This document shows, piece by piece, positions 8,251 through 15,503 of a stretch of DNA of 19,228 nt (the first letter of the stretch is position 1; the number at the start of each line of letters is the position of its first letter). The stretch covers positions 1-19,228 of the forward strand of contig CAXBPH010000124.1 in the NCBI GenBank assembly GCA_963977445.1, given 5' to 3'. The position numbers were made by a program, and so were the translations under genes. The stretch is from an uncultured bacterium (GTDB lineage: Bacteria; Hydrogenedentota; Hydrogenedentia; Hydrogenedentales; JAEUWI01). Under the pieces are notes generated by a model. It had not been told where the DNA came from. It saw only the letters and a list, made by a program, of their open reading frames with translations, and did no database searches.

Positions 8251-10557
8251 TTAGGACTCCTTATTCAGTTCGTCGCCTTCCGGCGCATCTAATTCCATGT
8301 TTGCATCCAGGTGACCCGCCACGGACCAGCCCGTCTTGAGACCCAGAACAAACCATCCCAATGCCAACACGCCTATGGCGAATATGGTATCGCCAATGAC
8401 GCGTAGCCATCTCAGTGTATCCATCAAATCGGTTTGCGTGAATTCCGCAGAACGGGCCATCCACATGCCATCATTGACGCTTGCCCAAGCCTGCAGAATG
8501 CCGCGGGGAAGGTCACTGAGGCCGACCATAAGGGCCAGGCCAATGTTGATCGACCAGAAGGCAAAGCACAACACGGGCGTCTTCCAGACCTGGTGCGCCG
8601 CCATACTCTTCAGGCAGAACAGCATCAGCCCGATAGCCAGCATGCCGTATACGCCGAATAGTGCGGTGTGTCCGTGCACAGCCGTGGTGTTCAGCCCCTG
8701 CATATAATAAAGGGCAATGGGTGGGTTGATGAGGAAGCCGAAGAGTCCGGCGCCCACCAGGTTCCAAAAGGCTACGGCAACGAAACAATAGACCGGCCAT
8801 TTATAGCCGGAGACCCAGCCCTGTAGACGGCTTACGGACAGGTTGCCGTAGGCCTCGAATCCAATAAGGACCAAGGGCACCACTTCCAAGGCGCTGAATA
8901 CGGCGCCCAAGGCCAACACGGCCGTGGGGGTACCAGAGAAGTAGAGGTGATGGAACGTGCCGATAATACCGCCGGAGAGAAAAATACTGGTTGCGAGAAG
9001 CACTGCCGCGGTCGCGGTGCGCACCTTAACCAACTGAAGGCGGGTAAAGAGGAACGCGATTACTACCGTGGTAAAGACTTCGAAGAATCCTTCAACCCAC
9101 AGGTGGACCAACCACCAGCGCCAGTACTCTGCGATGGCCAGGTTGGTCTGCCGTCCCCACATGAGGCCCGCACCGTAGAAAAGCGCGATGGCAATGCACG
9201 AGATAGAGAACAGGGCCAGGAGGTGCCGATTGGGCCCGGGCTTGCGCATCGCCGGCCACAAACCGCGCCCCATAAGAAAGAGCCAGATGAACAGACCAAT
9301 GAAGAGAAAGATCTGCCAGAATCGGCCCAGGTCCACATATTCGTAGCCCTGATGGCCGAACCAGAAGTTCATCTCCAGTCCCATTTGTTGACGGGTGCCA
9401 TACCAGGTGCCAAAGAGCGTGCCCACAACAATCACGAGAAGGGCACCAAAGAGCACATTTACGCCCAGGCGCTGGTACTTCGGTTCCCGTCCTACCACGG
9501 CAGGTGCCAGATAGAGACCTGTGGCGAGAAAGGCTGTTGCTATCCAGAATATCGCCAACTGGGTATGCCACGTGCGTGTTACCGCATAGGGGAGGATTTC
9601 GGCGAGTGGAATGCCATAGAATCCCGAACCCTCTACGCCGTAGTGCGCGGTTATCGCTCCCATGCTTACCTGGGTCACGATGAGGCCCATGACTACCCAA
9701 AAGTATTTTACAGTCGCCTTCATGGAGGGGGTGGGATCGAAGGCCAGCATTGGATCCCGATCGGGGATGGGGGGCGCGTCTTCCTCCCGTGATTTTTCCA
9801 AAACATAGTACCAGGAGAGTGCCCCAATACCCGCCAACAGCACAATAACGCTGAGTACGGACCAAACCAGTATTGCTGCGGTGGGCTGGTTGTCGATAAG
9901 GGGTTCTGGGGGCCAATTATTGGTATAGGTGATATCTGTGTCTGGGCGATTCGTGCTGCACACCCAGGCCGCCCAGAAGTAAAACGATGCCAAATCGTCA
10001 CGCCGTTCCGCGTCGGGTAGTACATTTTTTGGAATGGCATAGGCCTCACGGAGATGGTCTAGCGAGGCATCGCCGCTGTAGAGGAGCTTGTAGTGTTCGG
10101 ACACCGCAGCGATGGCCTCGGCCCGAAGGTCGGAAACCACCAGGTCACCCGTATCCGGGTTATACGTATTGGTACGAAGTTCCCCCTTCAGACGGGCCTT
10201 TAAGGCCGCCTGCTGCTCGGGATGCAGGTCCGTGTAGGCCTCAACGCCATAGTCTGCCTTGGTCCAATGGGCCAGGAGCCATTCCGACTCTCGATGCAGA
10301 AAATCTGCCGACCAATCCGGTGCCACGTAGGAGCCATGACCCCAAACCGTGCCCACCTGCTGGCCACCGGTAGACTGCCAGACGTTCTGTCCGTCTTTGA
10401 TATTCTGTCCGGTGAAGAGCACGTCACCCGACGTCGTGACCACCCGATCAGGAATCGGGGGCGCTTGTCGATAAATCTCGAAGCCATAATAACCAAGCAC
10501 CGAAAAAGATGCGGACATCACGACAAATAAGCCTATCCATAACTTGCGATATTCCAT
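8251..10557 (-). CDS. norB: Quinol-dependent nitric oxide reductase (qNOR, long NorB/NorZ)
   Basis: GTVWGHGSYVAPDWSAD, YTNNWP, RTWHTQL, EYVDLGRFWQ, WWLVHLWVEGFFEVF, GTFHHLY, SALEVVPL and VHGHTALFG; 768 aa multi-TM protein. Confidence 0.97.
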   Translation of the reverse strand: MEYRKLWIGLFVVMSASFSVLGYYGFEIYRQAPPIPDRVVTTSGDVLFTGQNIKDGQNVWQSTGGQQVGTVWGHGSYVAPDWSADFLHRESEWLLAHWTKADYGVEAYTDLHPEQQAALKARLKGELRTNTYNPDTGDLVVSDLRAEAIAAVSEHYKLLYSGDASLDHLREAYAIPKNVLPDAERRDDLASFYFWAAWVCSTNRPDTDITYTNNWPPEPLIDNQPTAAILVWSVLSVIVLLAGIGALSWYYVLEKSREEDAPPIPDRDPMLAFDPTPSMKATVKYFWVVMGLIVTQVSMGAITAHYGVEGSGFYGIPLAEILPYAVTRTWHTQLAIFWIATAFLATGLYLAPAVVGREPKYQRLGVNVLFGALLVIVVGTLFGTWYGTRQQMGLEMNFWFGHQGYEYVDLGRFWQIFLFIGLFIWLFLMGRGLWPAMRKPGPNRHLLALFSISCIAIALFYGAGLMWGRQTNLAIAEYWRWWLVHLWVEGFFEVFTTVVIAFLFTRLQLVKVRTATAAVLLATSIFLSGGIIGTFHHLYFSGTPTAVLALGAVFSALEVVPLVLIGFEAYGNLSVSRLQGWVSGYKWPVYCFVAVAFWNLVGAGLFGFLINPPIALYYMQGLNTTAVHGHTALFGVYGMLAIGLMLFCLKSMAAHQVWKTPVLCFAFWSINIGLALMVGLSDLPRGILQAWASVNDGMWMARSAEFTQTDLMDTLRWLRVIGDTIFAIGVLALGWFVLGLKTGWSVAGHLDANMELDAPEGDELNKES

Positions 10558-10653
10558 CTGTTCTACTCACTTTCTAGCTGCATTTACACCGGCTGCGATA
10601 CATTCGTAAAATAATCTGTGGTCGTACCACCAAAACGCTCGACACAGGCTACA

Positions 10654-10667
10654 TTGAGCACGTTCAA
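10654..10667. promoter_or_regulatory. Possible FNR/DNR-type binding site upstream of norB
   Basis: TTGAG-CACG-TTCAA versus the consensus TTGAT-N4-ATCAA (8/10 match), ~100 bp upstream of the norB start. Confidence 0.35.
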
Positions 10668-10835
10668 ACGGAATTCAGAACCCACCTCCAAGAAGCTCCC
10701 CACGAAACAAAACAACGTGCATCATGTTGCGAGCTCATTTCATCGATTTAAGCGGAACGCCACTCCTATTCAGAAGCCATCTACATGAATGACATGTGTT
10801 TATATGATTATGGGCCAAAAAAATAGTACGACGGA

Positions 10836-11228
10836 CTACAAGGCACTGGACGGAACACGATGCGCAACGATATCTGCCAATGTCGATTCCTTAAGGAGCC
10901 TGAGGTAGTCATCTCGAATGGTAACCCACTTGAAATGCATTGCACAGGGGGTAGTTGCTGAACACGATGAATTTCCCATGAAACAACCTTCCACGACATC
11001 AAAAAGACTTATCTTTTCAGGGGGGCGCGCTAACTGAAACCCACCACCTTTTCCTTTTTGGGAGCTTACAATGCCCGACTGAATCAGTCCTTGCAGAAGC
11101 TTACCCAAATAATTCTGGGGTGCGTCTATCCGAGTAGCGATACTCGAGGCACCCTGAAACTCTCCGGGTCGCTCTGCGAGCGCCGCAACGGCTTTCAACG
11201 CATGTAGGGCTGTCTTGGAAATCATCAC
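10836..11228 (-). CDS. Rrf2-family transcriptional regulator with C-x6-C-x5-C-x2-H putative Fe-S ligands (start GTG 11228 or ATG 11225)
   Basis: IATRIDAPQNYLGKLLQGLIQSGIVSSQKGKGGGFQLARPPEKISLFDVVE winged HTH; CFMGNSSCSATTPCAMH; ESTLADI. Confidence 0.92.
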   Translation of the reverse strand: MMISKTALHALKAVAALAERPGEFQGASSIATRIDAPQNYLGKLLQGLIQSGIVSSQKGKGGGFQLARPPEKISLFDVVEGCFMGNSSCSATTPCAMHFKWVTIRDDYLRLLKESTLADIVAHRVPSSAL

Positions 11229-11249
11229 ATCAATCCTTATTCACATGCG

Positions 11250-11278
11250 ATTATAGGTTATAGGATTCGTGTTGTCAA
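11250..11278 (-). promoter_or_regulatory. Perfect-consensus sigma70 promoter for rrf2
   Basis: The minus strand reads TTGACA (11278-11273), a 17-nt spacer, then TATAAT (11255-11250), followed by an AAGGA RBS and the rrf2 start. Confidence 0.85.
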
Positions 11279-11581
11279 GATGATTCTTACTACCCGACGC
11301 GACCATGTATTTCCTGAATACTCATCCGTCTCGGGATAAGTGTGTTCTTGGCCATCGTTTGGGTTCAGAATGTACGTCAAATGTGCCAGCTACCCGCACC
11401 GACGCCCCAGGAACCGCCCCTGCTAAACACGTGACCACCGTATTTCAATGCATATTGATAGGGACGGAATTCCGAGAACCATTGACTGAGACCTCAACCA
11501 TAGTCCAATCGATTCTCTGTACCCGGGGTACAAACGCTACGGGAACTCCTGACTGCGAGGCACAACCCAGCATCCGATGTG

Positions 11582-11911
11582 CTAATCGTGGATTGTGATT
11601 CCAAATTGAGACTCGAAATCAGATAGGGTGTACTTGCGTATCGCGTCCCATGTGAGTTCGGCACAGGCCTTCTGGCAGGCCATGCATCCGACGCATTCGT
11701 CAAAAATTATCTGTACGGGGGGAATGGGTATGGTGTACTGGTCGGCCGGTACCGGCCGAATACAATCTGTCGGGCAAAAGGGCACGCAAACCTGGCAACC
11801 GGTGCAATTGTCCTCGTCCACCACGGCCATGAATTTTGGTCGTTTTTTCTTGGTCGCCAGGTTTTCAATTACCCGTCCTACCTTCTTGTAGTGGTCATAT
11901 GTGCCAGCCAT
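11582..11911 (-). CDS. 2x[4Fe-4S] ferredoxin-like protein (109 aa)
   Basis: CTGCQVCVPFCP and CVGCMACQKAC motifs. The ATG at 11911 has GGAG 7 nt upstream and is preferred over the 11956 start. Confidence 0.88.
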   Translation of the reverse strand: MAGTYDHYKKVGRVIENLATKKKRPKFMAVVDEDNCTGCQVCVPFCPTDCIRPVPADQYTIPIPPVQIIFDECVGCMACQKACAELTWDAIRKYTLSDFESQFGITIHD

Positions 11912-11998
11912 GATAGATCTCCGGGACCGTGTTTTCAGGGGACAAAAGCATTCCAAAGCGCACCGAAAATGTACGCTTGATTTTTTGAATCTCTATAG

Positions 11999-12014
11999 TG
12001 GACAATTATATCCA
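11999..12014. promoter_or_regulatory. Imperfect palindrome in the divergent ferredoxin/bc-operon promoter region, candidate operator
   Basis: TGGACAATTATATCCA (reverse complement TGGATATAATTGTCCA), 37 nt upstream of the HEAT gene start. Confidence 0.35.
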
Positions 12015-12051
12015 GAATAGGCCGGAGGTGCAAGCCATAGGATAGACCGCC

Positions 12052-12999
12052 ATGTTCAAGGACGATGACAAACAGAACGAAGGGGAGAACGTGGACAGGG
12101 AAGGGACCGCGCCGCCGCGGCAAGGATTGCGGCGCGTTATGCTGTTCTCCTTCTTCGTCGTCCCTTTCTGTATTGCCGCCCTAGGAGTGGCTTTGTTCAC
12201 CGGGGTCTGTATGCTCACTATGGATGCGCCGAGCATTTCCAGTTTACTTGACGACGTCCGGCATGGATACAGCAACAAACGGTGGCAGGCGGCGTATCAG
12301 TTGGTTGCCTTGTTGGACACAAGCCCGCCAGTCAGACTGAGCGAGGATGACGTCGCTCGCTTCAAAGACACCTTCGCGGAGGCCGACCCCAATACGGATC
12401 AGGAGATTCGTCAGTACCTCGCACTGGCCATGGGCTGCACACGAAACAGTGCCTTTGCGCCCTTGCTATTGAACGCGCTGGCCACGGAACCGGAAGTATC
12501 AAAACCGTTCATCGTGCGGTCCCTGGGACGCTTGGGTGATCCCGCTGCAGCACCCATGCTTGCGACGTACCTGGGCGACGAAACACCCTCGGTCCGCCTC
12601 GAAAGTGTAATCGCCCTCGGTGCCCTGGGGGTCCCAGAGAGTGTAGGGGCGCTGCAGTTGGCCTTAGAAGATTCAGAACCAAATATACAGTGGGATGCCG
12701 CAATCGCCCTGGCGAAACTGGGAGACGGCGCGGGCCAGCCCACGCTGTTGGCCCTGCTGGATAGAGCCTATCTTGCCACGTTTCCAGAGATAGACCCCTC
12801 GGAAACCAATCGCATCCTGGGGGTAGCCATCCAAGCCGGTGCGCTCCTCAACGATCCAGCGCTGGAGCGGGCCATCGCGCAGCTGGCTTCGAGCGATAGC
12901 AATATGACGGTACGGCAGATAGCGTCGGAGACGATTAAGTATCGGAAAGTGGTGGCGAATCAAAATTTGCCGATTAGCCTAGAGGGACAGGGGATATGA
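12052..12999 (+). CDS. Membrane-anchored HEAT-repeat (PBS lyase-like) protein
   Basis: N-terminal TM helix (LFSFFVVPFCIAALGVALF) followed by repeats IRQYLALAMG, VRLESVIALGALG and IQWDAAIALAKLGD. ATGA overlap with the Rieske gene. Confidence 0.85.
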   Translation: MFKDDDKQNEGENVDREGTAPPRQGLRRVMLFSFFVVPFCIAALGVALFTGVCMLTMDAPSISSLLDDVRHGYSNKRWQAAYQLVALLDTSPPVRLSEDDVARFKDTFAEADPNTDQEIRQYLALAMGCTRNSAFAPLLLNALATEPEVSKPFIVRSLGRLGDPAAAPMLATYLGDETPSVRLESVIALGALGVPESVGALQLALEDSEPNIQWDAAIALAKLGDGAGQPTLLALLDRAYLATFPEIDPSETNRILGVAIQAGALLNDPALERAIAQLASSDSNMTVRQIASETIKYRKVVANQNLPISLEGQGI

Positions 13000-13538
13000 C
13001 CGCTGATGATAAGAATGCAGGGACCCGGGAAGAGACGGGGCAGCCCACCGCTGGTGGTCGTCGAAGTTTTCTGGTGTCCGCCATTATGATTGGCTGGCTC
13101 TCCTTCGCGGGGACCGTGGTCGCCATGTCGGCGGCCCTCCTTCGATTTGCCTTTCCCAATGTACTCTTTGAGAAGCCCCAACAGTTCGCTGCTGGAATCC
13201 CGGAAGATTACGTAGACGGTCAGGTTTCGTTGCGCTGGAAAGACGCCCATGGCGTTTGGATTGTGCGCGACGGCAACCAGCTCTATGCCCTGCTTGCTTC
13301 GTGTACCCATCTCGGTTGCACACCGAACTGGCAGGAGGGAGACCGGAAATTCAAATGTCCGTGCCACGGAAGTGGATTTCATCTGAGTGGCATCAATTTC
13401 GAAGGTCCGGCCCCGCGCCCACTGGAACGCTGCGGCATTACATTGAGCGCGAATGGTCAATTGGTGGTGGATAAGAACAAACGATTTCTCTACGAAAAGG
13501 GCGGTTGGTCCGATCCCGTTTCCTATGTGCAGTTATAG
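12996..13538 (+). CDS. qcrA: Rieske iron-sulfur subunit of a Rieske/cytochrome b complex (QcrA/PetC-like)
   Basis: GRRSFL Tat motif plus TM anchor; CTHLGCTP, CPCHGSGF and EGPAPRPL. Confidence 0.92.
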   Translation: MTADDKNAGTREETGQPTAGGRRSFLVSAIMIGWLSFAGTVVAMSAALLRFAFPNVLFEKPQQFAAGIPEDYVDGQVSLRWKDAHGVWIVRDGNQLYALLASCTHLGCTPNWQEGDRKFKCPCHGSGFHLSGINFEGPAPRPLERCGITLSANGQLVVDKNKRFLYEKGGWSDPVSYVQL

Positions 13539-13553
13539 TCCCAACCTGGAGAG

Positions 13554-14348
13554 GTGTTGATGGCCAAACGAGATAGAAACTGGTTGACCTGGCTGCGGGA
13601 GAGTCAGGTGTACACCTCGATATTCCGCGTTGGGATACCCAAGGATCGACGGGAACGGATGCTCGCCATCCTGACCAATGTATTTCTCCATCTCCACCCG
13701 GTATCCATCCCGAAGCACGCCGCTAAATTGACCTACACCTGGTGTATGGGGGGGCTCTCCTTCTTTCTCTTTCTCACCCTGATCGTCACCGGCATCCTGC
13801 TCATGTTCTACTACCGGCCCACCATTGAGTATGCCTACGGGGACATTATCGACCTCAAAGAGCAGACGCCCATGGGCATCATGCGGGAACTCCATCGCTG
13901 GGGTGCCCATGCCATGATTATTGCTGTCTGGCTCCATATGTTCCGGGTGTTCATGACCGGCTCCTACAAACGCCCCCGGGAATTCAATTGGGTCGTGGGC
14001 GTTGTTCTACTCGTCCTGACCATGTTTATGAGTTTCACCGGCTATCTGCTCCCCTGGGACCAACTGGCCATGTGGGCCGTAACGGTTGGCACCAACATGG
14101 GCGCGGCAACGCCACTCCTGGGTGTCGACGGGCCGGGCGCGGCCCTCCTGAGCATCGGGGATGTAAACCTTGTGCACAGCGGCGCGGACGCGCGCTTCGC
14201 CTTACTGGGCGGAAGATTCGTTGGGGATGCGGCCCTCCTGCGTTTCTATGTGCTCCACTGTGTCGCGGTGCCCTTTATCCTGGTAATCGGCATGATGATC
14301 CACTTCTGGCGCGTACGAAAGGACGGGGGCATTTCCGGTCCACTATAG
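13554..14348 (+). CDS. qcrB: Cytochrome b6-like N-terminal subunit (QcrB/PetB-like); likely start ATG 13560
   Basis: [25 protein letters not shown]...[27 protein letters not shown]...IHF; ends GISGPL like PetB. Confidence 0.95.
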   Translation: MLMAKRDRNWLTWLRESQVYTSIFRVGIPKDRRERMLAILTNVFLHLHPVSIPKHAAKLTYTWCMGGLSFFLFLTLIVTGILLMFYYRPTIEYAYGDIIDLKEQTPMGIMRELHRWGAHAMIIAVWLHMFRVFMTGSYKRPREFNWVVGVVLLVLTMFMSFTGYLLPWDQLAMWAVTVGTNMGAATPLLGVDGPGAALLSIGDVNLVHSGADARFALLGGRFVGDAALLRFYVLHCVAVPFILVIGMMIHFWRVRKDGGISGPL

Positions 14349-14354
14349 GGTGGG

Positions 14355-15494
14355 ATGGCAGACCCCGAAATTGACATGGTAGAACTCTTGAAATCGGCGA
14401 CAAATCTGATTGCGAATCCGCCCGTACTATTTACCCTTATTCTTGTTGCCTTCTTTTTCCTGTTTCCCATAAACAATTGGTTTCAGTCCTGGAACCGACG
14501 GATGGGATTGGAGGCTTTGTGGACCCCCCGCGGGGCCTGTCTGGGTGCCTTTGCGATGACCTTATTTCTCGGGATCGGTGTAATGGACGCCAATTTCCGG
14601 GCGGTGGTCATGAAACCCGACAACGTACCCATCGTCGGCCTCGTTTATCTGGTTCCCTTCTTCCTCTGGTTGGCCATGAAGCAGGCCACCGAAAATGACC
14701 GCCGTCTACGCGCGGGCCAGCCACCTGCCGAGCACGACCCGGATGACAATCGGGTCCTCGTCTGGCCCGATCTGGTATACATCGAGCTAATCGCCCTTGT
14801 CCTGATGACGGTTTTTCTCATCGTGTGGTCCCTCGCAATCGCGGCCCCCCTGGAGGGCCCCGCCAACCCGACTGTCTCGCCAAACCCATCCAAGGCACCG
14901 TGGTACTTTCTGGCCCTTCAGGAGATGCTCGTTTATTTCGACCCCTGGATCGCCGGCGTCGTCCTGCCCGCACTGATGGTTTTTGCACTCATGGCGATAC
15001 CCTACATCGACAACAATCCCAAGGGTCAGGGCTACTACAGCTTCAGCGAGCGTAAGATGGCCATCGCCCTCTTTCTATTCTGCTGGCTTGTGCTCTGGGT
15101 TCTGCTTATCGTCGTGGGGACCTTTCTTCGGGGGCCCAACTGGAATTTCTTTGGCCCCTTCGAATACTGGGATGTTCACAAGACCGTTGCACTGGACAAC
15201 ATCAACCTTTCGGAGTACGTCTATGTTCTCTGGATGGGCACGGGCTTACCCGACAGCGTACTGCTCCGCGAGATCTGGGGCATCCTATTGCTCCTGGGAT
15301 ATTTCCTCGTAATGCCGCTGCTTCTCGCCCGTACGCTGCTAAAGCAACACCTTCAATCGCTGGGGGCCCTTCGTTACAGCGTCTTTGTCATGGTGACGTT
15401 GATCATGTTTTTTTTGCCCATAAAGATGTACCTGAGGTGGCTTTTCACTCTGAAATACATCATCGCGATACCCGAGATTTCCTTCAACATCTGA
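14355..15494 (+). CDS. Cytochrome b6 subunit IV-like protein (PetD/QcrC-like) with extra N- and C-terminal TM helices
   Basis: VWPDLVY, APLEGPANP...PNPSKAPWYFLALQEML (Qo-loop equivalent of PEWY), IPYID and GTFLRGPNWNF. Confidence 0.88.
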   Translation: MADPEIDMVELLKSATNLIANPPVLFTLILVAFFFLFPINNWFQSWNRRMGLEALWTPRGACLGAFAMTLFLGIGVMDANFRAVVMKPDNVPIVGLVYLVPFFLWLAMKQATENDRRLRAGQPPAEHDPDDNRVLVWPDLVYIELIALVLMTVFLIVWSLAIAAPLEGPANPTVSPNPSKAPWYFLALQEMLVYFDPWIAGVVLPALMVFALMAIPYIDNNPKGQGYYSFSERKMAIALFLFCWLVLWVLLIVVGTFLRGPNWNFFGPFEYWDVHKTVALDNINLSEYVYVLWMGTGLPDSVLLREIWGILLLLGYFLVMPLLLARTLLKQHLQSLGALRYSVFVMVTLIMFFLPIKMYLRWLFTLKYIIAIPEISFNI

Positions 15495-15503
15495 TGGTGC
15501 CCT

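Noticed and set aside
8251..10557. Possible NO dismutase (Nod) instead of qNOR
   Set aside because: The canonical qNOR residues are all present (HLWVEGFFE, HH, ALE, HGH and the RTWHTQ quinol-site region); Nod proteins show substitutions at these sites.
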